Shown piece after piece: positions 17,044 to 27,207 of a stretch of DNA of 32,000 bases. A program made the position numbers and the translations under genes. Source of the DNA: Ignicoccus islandicus DSM 13165. Lineage in GTDB: Archaea; Thermoproteota; Thermoprotei_A; Sulfolobales; Ignicoccaceae. The notes below the pieces were generated by a model, which was given only the letters and a program-made list of their open reading frames with translations, searched no databases and was not told where the DNA came from. The stretch is from positions 60,001-92,000 of the forward strand of contig NZ_CP006867.1 of the NCBI RefSeq assembly GCF_001481685.1. The letters run 5' to 3'. Positions within the stretch are counted from its first letter, which is position 1, and each line of letters opens with the position of its first letter.

Positions 17044-17123
17044 AAGCAATCTTATCTAACCATTAATATTAAGCTTATTTAATATATATCGAATTAAGTT
17101 TCCAATGGGAGGACCACAGCTCC

Positions 17124-18293
17124 ATGTTGGATAAACCCTTCGAAGTGAAATATCGACCTATTTCAATAAAAGATATTCTCAAGAATATGCATTCTGAAGC
17201 TAGCTTGAGTATGGACATGGCCTTCTACTCTATAATATATGGCGATAAAGACGTAGCTCAAGAAATAGAGAAAATTGATGAAAACGTAGACGAGGAGTTC
17301 AATCTATTGTCAATCCAGTTGATGATGGCTGCCAGAGATCTCGAAGACGCTAAGAAACTGTTACCGGCTCTTAGGTTGGGTGTGGCAATAGATACGGTTG
17401 TAGAGGCAGCTTCGGATATAGCGAGCACTGTCTTGAGGGGTTATACTTCGGGCGATGTCATCAAAGCCGCCCTGGAAATCACAGAAGAGATATACTTGAA
17501 GGTATCTATAGATTCCAAGCATAGCGATATGACCATTGAAGAGTTCGTTGAGAAGTACGGCGCTGTTGACGTTATTGCGCTTCGAAGCAGTGGCGTTCTA
17601 ATAATTAATCCATCGCCGGAAATACGGCTAAAGGTCGGCGATACCTTAATTCTGAGGGGCGATCGGGACGATATACTGAAAGTAGCCAAGGACTTCAACG
17701 TAAAAATAGAAATTCCCCAAGCAGATTTCGATGAAAAGGCAAGGGAACTAGCTCAAAGAATAGCTCTCTTAAAGAACTTGGCTGAACTATCCTTCGACCT
17801 AGCCGTTTACTCAATATTGTATCAAGATAAGATAGCTGCTGAGGAAGTATTAGAAATAGAGTCCTTCATAGACGAAGAATCCACGAAAATTGAAATGGAA
17901 GTAATGAACCACATAAAGTGTTCAGAAGAGATGTACGTCTCGACCGTTTTAATACGTAGTTTGGAGAAAGTAAGCGATGCGGCAACCAGGGTCGCTCAAT
18001 TGACGTTATCCAATAACGGCGTTCATCCAGTACTTAAGAGAATAAAGGAGGAAGGGGAAGAGAAGATACTAGTAGTTCTAGTAAAGGAAGATTGCGACAT
18101 GACCTTAGCTGAATTGGAAGACCTCCTAGAAGGTAACGTGTTAGCTATATACGTTCCCAACAGCTGGATACCGATACCTAACTTGAACACGAAATTGGAA
18201 AAAGGCATGAAAGTGCTTATGAAGATATACGACTCATCTGAAGACTTCTGGGAAAGGTTGGAGCAAATACGTTGTCCAATAGAAATTAGGTAG
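17124..18293 (+). CDS. Protein with tandem PhoU-like / TrkA-C (RCK-C) modules
   Basis: Two similar PhoU-like helical segments (SMDMAFYSIIYGDKDVAQEIEKIDENVDEE; SFDLAVYSILYQDKIAAEEVLEIESFIDEE), with a TrkA-C-like INPSPEIRLKVGDTLILRGDRDDI between. Confidence 0.8.
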   Translation: MLDKPFEVKYRPISIKDILKNMHSEASLSMDMAFYSIIYGDKDVAQEIEKIDENVDEEFNLLSIQLMMAARDLEDAKKLLPALRLGVAIDTVVEAASDIASTVLRGYTSGDVIKAALEITEEIYLKVSIDSKHSDMTIEEFVEKYGAVDVIALRSSGVLIINPSPEIRLKVGDTLILRGDRDDILKVAKDFNVKIEIPQADFDEKARELAQRIALLKNLAELSFDLAVYSILYQDKIAAEEVLEIESFIDEESTKIEMEVMNHIKCSEEMYVSTVLIRSLEKVSDAATRVAQLTLSNNGVHPVLKRIKEEGEEKILVVLVKEDCDMTLAELEDLLEGNVLAIYVPNSWIPIPNLNTKLEKGMKVLMKIYDSSEDFWERLEQIRCPIEIR

Positions 18294-19088
18294 TCAATAC
18301 CTCTTTCCAACCAGAATTAACCTTGGAGACGTCAAAGCGAACCTCGAACCGTTCCAATCGCCGTACGCCTCCATGGGTTCCCAACCGCTGTCTTTATACA
18401 ACTTCGCTAGTTCGTGAAGGGAATATAGCCTGAATTTGAGGGGTAAGTCAACTACTCTCTCTAGACCGCTCAATCCTCTCTTGTAAACGTGAATAACTGT
18501 ACTATCCATAGCAGTCCATGGATCGTACTTCGATTCAGCTATCATAACGTGATCTCCGTGCTCTATGGTCCAAGTATATTTCTCTTGGTAGTTCCTAGCC
18601 TTCAGAACGCTGTCTCTATTTTCGATGTCTATTAATAATAACGAGCTCTTCTTAGCTATCCATGCGAAACCTCTTAGAATAGATTTATCTACTTCATCAC
18701 CATAGAAGCCGAAGCTCGAGTACCACGAAAGGATCGCATCGAATCTTAGACCCCCAACTACCTCGGGTAAATTCCTTAAGTCTCCTACCACACACTTGGC
18801 CTTATCTTCTACGCCAGCCCTCATTATCCTCTCGTTCGCCTTCTCAACGAAATTGGGCGAAATATCTACTCCTATTACGTCGTATCCCAGTTCGGCCAAT
18901 GCAATAGTCATTCTCCCTATTCCGCATCCAGCATCGAGAATTAACCCCTTCCTTATTCCGTACTTCTTTAGCGTCTTGTGAACTAAGGCAGATTGAATTG
19001 AAGTATCTTGCCATACGGAAGGAGGCTCAACGAGTAGAGAAGAGTAGCTAAACCACCTAACCCACGTTTCCAATGACCAATCTTCCAA
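18294..19088 (-). CDS. Class I SAM-dependent methyltransferase
   Basis: LILDAGCGIGRMTIALAELGYDVIGVDIS, FDAILSWYSSFGFYGDE, LLIDIENRD. Confidence 0.85.
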   Translation of the reverse strand: MEDWSLETWVRWFSYSSLLVEPPSVWQDTSIQSALVHKTLKKYGIRKGLILDAGCGIGRMTIALAELGYDVIGVDISPNFVEKANERIMRAGVEDKAKCVVGDLRNLPEVVGGLRFDAILSWYSSFGFYGDEVDKSILRGFAWIAKKSSLLLIDIENRDSVLKARNYQEKYTWTIEHGDHVMIAESKYDPWTAMDSTVIHVYKRGLSGLERVVDLPLKFRLYSLHELAKLYKDSGWEPMEAYGDWNGSRFALTSPRLILVGKRY

Positions 19089-19197
19089 GACGGCTTTCCC
19101 ATTACTTACACGGAGCGACTGTAATTAAGTAATAAAGTATATACAGCACAAACAAGTTTAAACCAAACTATACTGTGTAGTTAACGGGGCAGAACCC

Positions 19198-20331
19198 TTG
19201 AACCTATTGGAATACGAAGCCAAAGAGATAGCCAAGAAATACAAGATCCCTGTACCGGAAGGGGTTCTAATAGAAAGCCCTGATCAAGTATATGAGGCAA
19301 TAGACCGTCTCGGTTTACCAGTTGTATTGAAGGCCCAAGTACCAGTAGCTGGAAGAGGCAAGGCGGGCGGAGTTAAACTAGCTAAAGATGCTGATGAGGC
19401 TAGGGACATAGCCGAAGAACTCTTCGAGAAGGAGATAAAGGGATTCCCGGTTTATTCGATACTTGTAGAGAAAGCAGCTCAAATAGAAAGGGAACTCTAC
19501 CTATCCTTTGTACTAGATAGATCCAATAGGCAAGTAGTCATGTTGGCATCGGCTGAAGGTGGAATGGAAATTGAAGAGTTGGCTAAGGAGAAGCCCGAAG
19601 CAATAATTAAACTCCCTATAGAGCCCGAAATAGGTCTTAAATCTCATGAAGCTAGAATGGTTGGTAAGAAAATAGGTCTCTCAGGGAACCTACTTCGAAG
19701 TTTCGAAAACATAGCCAAGGCAATGTACCAAATATTTATGGATTACGATGCAGAGCTCGTGGAGAGCAATCCCCTAGCCGTAACTAGCGATGGCCTTAAG
19801 GCATTGGACTTCAGAATGATTATTGACGATAATTCGTTAATCAGGCACCCGGAGCTAGAGAGTTCGCGAGAGAGGGAGCTAAGGGGCGCGGAAAGGATTG
19901 CAGCCAGGAAAGGCTTCTTCTATGTTGAGCTTGATGGAAACATAGGCATAATTGGGAACGGTGCTGGTTTAACTATGGCCACCATGGACGTCGTAAAGTA
20001 TTACGGAGGAAATCCAGCTAACTTCTTAGATATAGGTGGGGGTGCAAGAAGGGATAGAGTTAAGGAAGCAGTCAAGGTTCTATTAGAAAATCCCAAGGTC
20101 AAGGTAATATTCGTCAACATCTTCGGAGGCATAACTCTAGCAAGCGAGGTTGCGTTAGGTATCGTGGACGCTCTCAATGAGAGCCCAGTGAAGAAGCCAA
20201 TAGTTGCTAGAATAGTTGGAACGGCGGAGGAAGAGGGAAGGAGGATATTGAAGGAAGCCGGAATACCTCTTTTTGATAGCATGGATGAGGCCGCTAAGTA
20301 TGCAGTTCAACTAGCTAAGTCCTCGGCTTAG
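19198..20331 (+). CDS. sucC: Succinyl-CoA synthetase (ADP-forming) beta subunit
   Basis: [71 protein letters not shown] start. Confidence 0.96.
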   Translation: MNLLEYEAKEIAKKYKIPVPEGVLIESPDQVYEAIDRLGLPVVLKAQVPVAGRGKAGGVKLAKDADEARDIAEELFEKEIKGFPVYSILVEKAAQIERELYLSFVLDRSNRQVVMLASAEGGMEIEELAKEKPEAIIKLPIEPEIGLKSHEARMVGKKIGLSGNLLRSFENIAKAMYQIFMDYDAELVESNPLAVTSDGLKALDFRMIIDDNSLIRHPELESSRERELRGAERIAARKGFFYVELDGNIGIIGNGAGLTMATMDVVKYYGGNPANFLDIGGGARRDRVKEAVKVLLENPKVKVIFVNIFGGITLASEVALGIVDALNESPVKKPIVARIVGTAEEEGRRILKEAGIPLFDSMDEAAKYAVQLAKSSA

Positions 20332-20345
20332 GAGGTGATGCGTTC

Positions 20346-21224
20346 ATGGTAGTGTTACTAGATGAAAACGCGAGAGTTCTAGTCCAAGGGATCACCGGTA
20401 GATACGGTAAATTCCATGCAGAACAAATGATGAAATACGGTACTAAGATATTAGCTGGAGTAACGCCCGGTAAGGGAGGTCAAGAAGTACTCGGCGTCCC
20501 AGTATTCGATACAGTAGCAGAGGCTAAAGAGAGGTTCCCCGAACTCAATGCCTCTATAATATTCGTGCCGGCAGGGGGAGCGGCCGATGCTATAATAGAG
20601 GCGGCTGATGCCGGAATGAAGTTAATAGTAGTCATAACGGAGGGAATACCCGTTCACGACGCCTTGAAGGCGATAAGATATGCAAGGAGAAAGGGATCAA
20701 CCGTTATAGGACCCAACTGCCCCGGAATAATAAGTCCCGGAAAGAGTAAGCTGGGTATAATGCCTCATCAGTACTTCGCGCCCGGCAGAATAGGGATAGT
20801 GTCTAGATCCGGTACCTTAACGTACGAGATCGCTTACCAACTCACCAAATCGGGATTAGGGCAAAGCACGGCCATAGGAATAGGAGGAGACCCGATAATA
20901 GGGCTAGACACAGTGGAAGCCGTAAGACTGTTCGATGAAGATCCAGATACCGACCTCATTGTAGTTATTGGAGAAATAGGAGGCGATGCTGAAGAGAGAC
21001 TGGCTCAAGTGATAAAGAGAGGGGAAATAAAGAAGCCAATAGTAGCTTACATTGCCGGGAGAACAGCACCTCCTGGAAAGAGAATGGGTCACGCGGGTGC
21101 GATAATAAGTATGGGAAGCGGCACAGCGGAAAGTAAAGTAAGAGCCCTAAGGGAAGCCGGCGTTCCCGTGGCAGATATACCGTCGCAAGTTGTCGACTTA
21201 GTTAAGGAAGTTCTGAAGAGGTAA
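20346..21224 (+). CDS. sucD: Succinyl-CoA synthetase alpha subunit
   Basis: [58 protein letters not shown] (active-site His). Confidence 0.96.
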   Translation: MVVLLDENARVLVQGITGRYGKFHAEQMMKYGTKILAGVTPGKGGQEVLGVPVFDTVAEAKERFPELNASIIFVPAGGAADAIIEAADAGMKLIVVITEGIPVHDALKAIRYARRKGSTVIGPNCPGIISPGKSKLGIMPHQYFAPGRIGIVSRSGTLTYEIAYQLTKSGLGQSTAIGIGGDPIIGLDTVEAVRLFDEDPDTDLIVVIGEIGGDAEERLAQVIKRGEIKKPIVAYIAGRTAPPGKRMGHAGAIISMGSGTAESKVRALREAGVPVADIPSQVVDLVKEVLKR

Positions 21225-21274
21225 TGTCGGAGCATTTTTACCCTTTGATTCGAGTTACGGAGGGTGATTGAGGA

Positions 21275-22510
21275 GTGATCGGAGACACGATCTGGGAATT
21301 CAGATCGCCCAGAAGCAAGTTCGGAGTTGGAGCATTCAACGAACTTAAATTCGAGATAGAAAGGATTGGATGCAAGAAACCCTTCTTGATAACGACCAAA
21401 GGATGGATAAAAAGGGGACTCTTAGATAGGATAAGGGAGATACTAGGGTTCGATATACCTTACTGGGATGGCGTTGAGCCGGAGCCCTCAGCGGAAAGCG
21501 TGGAAGAGGGAGCTAAGGCCTTTAGCCAATCCGATGCCGATTGCATTTTGGCAGTAGGGGGTGGTTCAGCACTAGATACTGCTAAGATAGTTAATCTCTT
21601 AGCTACTTACGGCGGAACCGTAAGGGACTACGTAGCGCCTCCCTATGGTAACGGTAAGCCCGTTCCCGGACCAGTCAAACCCATGATAGCCGTTCCTACA
21701 ACTGCAGGTACTGGAAGCGAGGTCACGAGCGTCGCAGTAGTTACGCTCAAGGCTGAGAACGTTAAAGTAGGTATAAGCTCAGATTACCTAAGACCCACTC
21801 TAGCCCTCTTGGATCCGGAATTAACTTTGAGCGTACCTCCTAAGATAACCGCTGATACTGGTATGGACGCATTGACGCACGCTGTCGAGTCTTACATTGC
21901 CAAACCGTATTGGGCTCGCGAGAAACCCGATGACCCATCTAAGAGACCAGTTTACGTCGGTTCCTATCCAGTTACCGAGGCGCTAGCAGAGAAAGCAATA
22001 GAGCTTATAGGAAAGTATTTGAGAAGGGCCGTCTATTGGGGTCAGACCGATATAGAAGCTAGAAGTGGAATGTTGTTAGCGAGCTATCTAGCCGGACTAT
22101 CGTTCGGTAATAGCGGAGTTGGGTTAGCCCACGCGGCCTCGTATCCGCTCGGTGGCAGGTTCAAGGTATCCCATGGGGAAGCAGTAGGTATACTTCTCCC
22201 CGCAGTACTGGAATACAATGCGCCAGCGAATTACCAGAAAGCTAAGAGAGTGGGTGAGTTACTTACTGGCACTAACTGCCCAGAGAGGACCCCAGAGGAT
22301 TGCGCTAAGTGGGCTGCCGATGAAATAAGGAAATTACAGAAGGACATAAAGTTCACTCCGGGCCTGGAGGCCGTAGGAGTAGTTGAGGAGGACCTTATAG
22401 AGATGGCTGAAGAGACTTTAAAGCAGAAGAGGTTGCTGGCAACTAACCCCAGACCAGTCGACGTTGAAGGAGTCATATGGGTGTATAAGAGAGCTATGAG
22501 GAACTACTAA
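21275..22510 (+). CDS. Iron-containing alcohol dehydrogenase, candidate succinate semialdehyde reductase
   Basis: CILAVGGGSALDTAK, AVPTTAGTGSEVTS, GMDALTHAVESY, HAASYPLGGRFKVSHGEAVGILLP. GTG start. Confidence 0.85.
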   Translation: MIGDTIWEFRSPRSKFGVGAFNELKFEIERIGCKKPFLITTKGWIKRGLLDRIREILGFDIPYWDGVEPEPSAESVEEGAKAFSQSDADCILAVGGGSALDTAKIVNLLATYGGTVRDYVAPPYGNGKPVPGPVKPMIAVPTTAGTGSEVTSVAVVTLKAENVKVGISSDYLRPTLALLDPELTLSVPPKITADTGMDALTHAVESYIAKPYWAREKPDDPSKRPVYVGSYPVTEALAEKAIELIGKYLRRAVYWGQTDIEARSGMLLASYLAGLSFGNSGVGLAHAASYPLGGRFKVSHGEAVGILLPAVLEYNAPANYQKAKRVGELLTGTNCPERTPEDCAKWAADEIRKLQKDIKFTPGLEAVGVVEEDLIEMAEETLKQKRLLATNPRPVDVEGVIWVYKRAMRNY

Positions 22511-22511
22511 A

Positions 22512-23165
22512 TCACATTAACGCATCTACAGCAAGTATTGTAAGGAAGGAAATAAGAGGTATTGTTACGTTATCATCTATTTTACCTCCAAAGAACTCGA
22601 ATTTCTCTATTATGGCGGCAACTATTCCAGCTGCTATTCCAGGCACTCCGAGTATTGAGCCTATTGGTATGTTAACTATCAACATTGCTAGGTTACCTAT
22701 CCACGACTTCTCTCTACGCCTTAGCACGATACCTCGAACTATTCCAGTAACGCCATCGCCCAGAGCCATGAACGCTATCGGTACTACTCCATACCAAGGA
22801 TTGCCTAGGAGGTAACCCAAGAATAAGAGAAGCGTCGTCATTGCCGTGAAGTGTATCTCGTAGTCATCGGACTCGTTTTGGAACCATTCCATAATGTTGT
22901 TACTCTTACGCCTAATTAACAACGCGATCGTAACTCCCAGACTTAATGTAACTGGGATTACGAAGGAATCGTAAATTAGCGGAAAGAGAAGCACTGTCCC
23001 TCCTGCTAGTATGTGTATGATTTTTCTATTTATATATCTAACTAACTCCTCTCCATATATTTCCCTAAGCTTGCTGTAGTATATTTTCCTCGTCAAGTAT
23101 TTTATTACTATTGCGACCCATGAAATAAGTATTATTGTAATAACTGCTTCCTCGAGCATCGTCAA
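22512..23165 (-). CDS. Dolichol kinase / phosphatidate cytidylyltransferase-like integral membrane protein
   Basis: NRKIIHILAGGTVLLFPL, ALGDGVTGIVRG, LGVPGIAAGIVAAIIEKFEFFG; multi-TM. Confidence 0.72.
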   Translation of the reverse strand: MTMLEEAVITIILISWVAIVIKYLTRKIYYSKLREIYGEELVRYINRKIIHILAGGTVLLFPLIYDSFVIPVTLSLGVTIALLIRRKSNNIMEWFQNESDDYEIHFTAMTTLLLFLGYLLGNPWYGVVPIAFMALGDGVTGIVRGIVLRRREKSWIGNLAMLIVNIPIGSILGVPGIAAGIVAAIIEKFEFFGGKIDDNVTIPLISFLTILAVDALM

Positions 23166-23244
23166 CTTAGCTTAATTCACCATGGAACGTAATATTTGAA
23201 AATAATTAAAAGGGAAGATTCTAAAAAATTAGAAAGGGATTGCA

Positions 23245-24069
23245 ATGTTTATAGTACTTCTAAAGCTCCCGTTCTTGCTTACGTCTAATATGTTGGTTTC
23301 AGATAACTTCCTCTATATAGCAACCGGACCGCAATTAATTAAATACGATTTGATTAATCAGACTTCTCGCAATTATTATTATTTCGATAGGTGCGGATCG
23401 TTTGAGTGCTTTCCGTTTTGCGTAGGCAAGTTACGCGATTCGATAATACTCGGAACTTCAGGAGGATTGCTGTCCCTCTCGAACTCTACTTTCAACGTGA
23501 TTTCGAATAAACCAGTAACGTGGTGTGAGGACGTAATCACAGTTTCCGAAATATATAGGGATATGAGAAACGTGATTACCTATGGAGAAGCATTAGACGA
23601 GAATCTGAAGACCATATATAAGGGCTGTGCCGTCTATACGGCCTCGGGAGACTATTACTCTCTGGTTTGTAACGATACATACTACTTGAGAACGCCATAC
23701 GGTTCCATTAAGATAGACTCACCAGCTCTAATAACCAGAAGCAATGAGTACGTAGGCGTTCTCACCTTGAGTGGTAGAGTGATGATATTCAGAGGTAACG
23801 AGATAGCTTATCAAGGCCAGCTGCCAACTCCAACGCCGCCCTACTTCATTAACGCTAGTAACGGCGAATTCCTCCTAACTGGTGGAGGAAGGGTGTACCT
23901 ATGGAAGGACGGCAAACTTTACGCGTCCAATCTGACTAACGTGCTCCAAGCCGTTTGGTATGGGAATAACCTACTTGTAATGCAATTATCTAATAACGAA
24001 TTGATTATTGGATTGGTTAAAGACGTAGAATGGCGAGCTGTAGGCAAAAAGGTAACTAATCAGCCTTAG
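23245..24069 (+). CDS. Hypothetical, possibly secreted or surface beta-propeller-like protein
   Basis: Hydrophobic N-terminus, repeated short beta-strand pattern (GVLTLSGRVMIFRGNEIAYQG; LLTGGGRVYLWKDGKLYASN), several Cys. Confidence 0.6.
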   Translation: MFIVLLKLPFLLTSNMLVSDNFLYIATGPQLIKYDLINQTSRNYYYFDRCGSFECFPFCVGKLRDSIILGTSGGLLSLSNSTFNVISNKPVTWCEDVITVSEIYRDMRNVITYGEALDENLKTIYKGCAVYTASGDYYSLVCNDTYYLRTPYGSIKIDSPALITRSNEYVGVLTLSGRVMIFRGNEIAYQGQLPTPTPPYFINASNGEFLLTGGGRVYLWKDGKLYASNLTNVLQAVWYGNNLLVMQLSNNELIIGLVKDVEWRAVGKKVTNQP

Positions 24070-25520
24070 CCTTTCACGACGCCAAGTGGCCTTAGCTTAA
24101 CTACTAGTTTGCTTATTCCAACTTCATGTACTACCTTTACAACTCTGTCCACGTCTTTGTAGGCTCCCGGAGCCTCTTCCGCCACTACCCTAGCTTGGGC
24201 GGCCTTTACTACTACACCTTTACTACTGAGCTCTTGGATTACTTGGCTCGGTCTGTAGGTCCTAATTGCAGCCGCTCTCGAGAGCCACCTTCCGGCTCCG
24301 TGACAAGTGCTGAACCACGTTCTTGCACCTGTAGGCTGACCTACTAGTATGTAGCTGGCAGTTCCCATAGAGCCGGGTATTAGTACCGGTTGACCTATTC
24401 CTTGATAGTCGGAAGGTATCTCGGGATGACCTGGAGGGAAGGCTCTAGTGGCTCCCTTTCTGTGTACTATTAGCTTCCTCCTCTTTCCATCCACGTCGTG
24501 CTCTTCGAATTTAGCTATGTTGTGAGCTACGTCGTAAATTATGTGCATGTCCAAGTTCTCGGGATCGGTTTTGAAGACGTTCTTGAAGCTCTCCCTTACC
24601 CAGTGGGTAATCAACTGCCTGTTGGTCCACGCGTAGTTGGCAGCCGCACTCATCGCTTTGAAGTAATCTTGCGCTTCCGGAGTATTCCAAGGAACTGATG
24701 CCAACTCCCTATCCGGTACGTTGATGCCATATCTCTTCATAGCTCTCTCCATCTTTATTAGGTAATCGCTCGCCACTTGGTGCCCCAGACCTCTCGATCC
24801 AGTGTGGACCATCACTAGGACTTGGCCTTCATGGGTTATGCCCATTACCTTAGCCGCGTGCTCGTCGTAGATTTTCTCGACTACTTGAACTTCGAGGAAG
24901 TGGTTGCCGCTACCGAGAGTTCCTAACTGAGGCGCGCCCCTCATTTTGGCCCTTTGACTCACCTTACTAGCGTCAGCCGTCTTCATTCTCCCGTGTTCCT
25001 CTATGTGTTCCGGATCTTCGCTCCATCCGTAACCTCTTTCCACGGCCCAGTATACGCCTTCTTCCAACACTCGATCGAGCTCACTTATCGATAACCTCAC
25101 TTTACCGGTACTGCCTAAACCTGATGGTACGTTCCTGAAGAGTTCGTATACTAATTCCTTTATTTTAGGTCTGACGTCTTTCTCATCTAAGTTAGTCCTT
25201 AATACCCTCACTCCGCAGTTAATGTCGTAGCCTACTCCGCCGGGGGAGATGACTCCGTTTTCGTCAACTGCAGTAGCGGCGACGCCGCCTATGGGGAAGC
25301 CGTAACCTTGGTGACCATCTGGCATTACGAAGGAGGCCCTTTGAATGCCCGGCAAGCACGCCACGTTAGCTGCTTGATCGAGAGTCCTATCGCTCTTCAT
25401 TTTTTCGAGCAAGTACTCGTCCGCAAAGATTATTGCTGGGACTTTCATGCAGGGTTTAACTCCTTTTTCGATGAGCCACTCGTATTTACCTACCTTCTTG
25501 AGGGGTATGTTCGAAGACAT
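24066..25520 (-). CDS. rtcB: tRNA-splicing ligase RtcB
   Basis: MPDGHQGYGFPIGGVAA, VGYDINCGVRVLRT, GTLGSGNHFLEVQ, VMVHTGSRGLGHQV, CHGAGR. Start likely the internal Met at 25520 (MSSNIPLKKVGKYEWLI); the track gives 25562. Confidence 0.96.
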   Translation of the reverse strand: MSSNIPLKKVGKYEWLIEKGVKPCMKVPAIIFADEYLLEKMKSDRTLDQAANVACLPGIQRASFVMPDGHQGYGFPIGGVAATAVDENGVISPGGVGYDINCGVRVLRTNLDEKDVRPKIKELVYELFRNVPSGLGSTGKVRLSISELDRVLEEGVYWAVERGYGWSEDPEHIEEHGRMKTADASKVSQRAKMRGAPQLGTLGSGNHFLEVQVVEKIYDEHAAKVMGITHEGQVLVMVHTGSRGLGHQVASDYLIKMERAMKRYGINVPDRELASVPWNTPEAQDYFKAMSAAANYAWTNRQLITHWVRESFKNVFKTDPENLDMHIIYDVAHNIAKFEEHDVDGKRRKLIVHRKGATRAFPPGHPEIPSDYQGIGQPVLIPGSMGTASYILVGQPTGARTWFSTCHGAGRWLSRAAAIRTYRPSQVIQELSSKGVVVKAAQARVVAEEAPGAYKDVDRVVKVVHEVGISKLVVKLRPLGVVKG

Positions 25521-25675
25521 TTTCGTCTTCCATTGATCCCTACGCACATAGGGGGTTTTCAAGTACTGGGCGTTACCTCCTTCGGGGACGAATCTAACTA
25601 CTGGTTAGGATTTCTCTAACTCGTTGATTAACTCTAGTTTTAGGCCCTCTCCTAATTTATTGCTGGGAGCCTTCT

Positions 25676-26878
25676 TTGGGTCTCACGAAACTCAATCCCG
25701 TTGAGAAAGTGATTAACGAAATTTACCCATACTTTTCTTCTATAACAGTAACAACTGTTCGCTTCAATGAAGCCACCTCTAGGTACTCTGCTCAAAGAGT
25801 CGTTGCGGTAGAAGACAATCCTCCCGTACCGAAGTCCGTCCTAGATGGGTTCGCCGTCAACTCCGAGGACGTTTTCGGTGCTTCAGAATATTCACCCATA
25901 GAGTTAGAAATAGGAAAGGAATGGAAACCAGGAGTAGCTGTCTACGTCAATACGGGGGATCCTTTACCTCAGGGTACTGATACGGTAATTCCTATTGAGG
26001 CCGTGAAGGTCGTCGGTAACAAAGTGCTAGTATTCAAACAATACCCTCCGGGTAATGCAGTAGCTAAAATTGGCGAGGATCTAAGGAAGGGCGAAACTAT
26101 AATTGACAAAGGCGTTCTAATTAGACCATGGCACGTAGCGGCCTTGGCGTCTCAAGGAATAATAGAGGTTGATGTGATCGATCCTAAGATAGCTGTTGCT
26201 GCCACGGGCGACGAGATCGTGGAACCGTGGGAGGGTAACGGCGTTAGGAACAGTACGGCTTGGCTAGTTGCAAGTTTCTTCCGAGAAAGAATTGGTTCGG
26301 TACCCTCTTATCATGGAATATTAAGAGACGATGAGGAAGCCATTAAAAATTTCGTTGAAGTAGCCTTAGATAAGTACGACATAGTAATAACCACTGGAGG
26401 CTCCAGCGTAGGCAAGAGAGACATATCGGTAAAGGTCATGGAAAAACTTGCGGATAAATGGATACATGGAGTCGCTCTCACACCCGGAAGACCTCTGGGC
26501 ATAGGCGTTAGGGACGGTAAACTGATGGTGTCTCTTTCAGGATATCCCGTGGCAGCGCTCTCTCAACTAGAGGTCGTAGTATGGCCAATCATCAAGAAAG
26601 CGCACGAATTAAAGGAACCTCCCAGACCTAAGGTAAGAGCCAAGCTAAAGAGGAGACTGCCCGTTACCCCTAACATGCTTCACCTCTATAGGGTCGTCGT
26701 GTGTTCGAGGGAAGGTGAGCTCTGGGTCGAACCTCTCAGGCTTACGGGCTCGGGCATACTTTCCTCTTTGATTAAATCTAACGGCATAGTGGTAGCTGGT
26801 GTGAGAGGCGAAACGGGGTACGACGCTGGCGATGAAATAGAGGTAGAACTAATAGGAGATATAGTTCCATGTAAATAA
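25676..26878 (+). CDS. moeA: Molybdopterin biosynthesis MoeA family protein
   Basis: PPVPKSVLDGFAVNSED, VYVNTGDPLPQGTDTVIPIE, DIVITTGGSSVGKRD, VSLSGYPVAAL. TTG start. Confidence 0.93.
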   Translation: MGLTKLNPVEKVINEIYPYFSSITVTTVRFNEATSRYSAQRVVAVEDNPPVPKSVLDGFAVNSEDVFGASEYSPIELEIGKEWKPGVAVYVNTGDPLPQGTDTVIPIEAVKVVGNKVLVFKQYPPGNAVAKIGEDLRKGETIIDKGVLIRPWHVAALASQGIIEVDVIDPKIAVAATGDEIVEPWEGNGVRNSTAWLVASFFRERIGSVPSYHGILRDDEEAIKNFVEVALDKYDIVITTGGSSVGKRDISVKVMEKLADKWIHGVALTPGRPLGIGVRDGKLMVSLSGYPVAALSQLEVVVWPIIKKAHELKEPPRPKVRAKLKRRLPVTPNMLHLYRVVVCSREGELWVEPLRLTGSGILSSLIKSNGIVVAGVRGETGYDAGDEIEVELIGDIVPCK

Positions 26879-26881
26879 AAA

Positions 26882-27169
26882 TTACTTTAAGGTTATTTCG
26901 CCTTTCTTTACTTTCTCTTCTAACATTCTGAGCTTATACCTAAGTAGAGTTGGCGGAACCCTTCCCAACCACGCGGGCATCTTCTTTACGAACTCATATG
27001 CCTCTTCCCAGCTTTCTAGGCCTAGCTCGTTCGCCAGTTGCTCCAGGCTCATTTCAGTATGTAAGTATACTCTTATTTTTCTTAGGACCTCTTCAGTTAG
27101 TTCTATTTCCTTTGCGTTCTCCCCTTCGCCGATCCTAACTACTAGGGTAATTCCCCCCTCTTCAGCCAC
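26882..27169 (-). CDS. Small hypothetical protein
   Basis: 95-aa charged ORF with helix-turn-helix-like MSLEQLANELGLESWEEAYEFVKK; no firm family. Confidence 0.6.
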   Translation of the reverse strand: MAEEGGITLVVRIGEGENAKEIELTEEVLRKIRVYLHTEMSLEQLANELGLESWEEAYEFVKKMPAWLGRVPPTLLRYKLRMLEEKVKKGEITLK

Positions 27170-27207
27170 GTCTAATCCCGCATCTCATCTGTGGACTAGG
27201 GTATAAA

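Noticed and set aside
19089-19197. Possible ncRNA in the sucC upstream gap
   Set aside because: AT-rich promoter-like sequence only; no C/D boxes or stable stem recognised by eye.
24126-24698. Small plus-strand ORFs inside rtcB
   Set aside because: Antisense shadow frames of the RtcB coding sequence.
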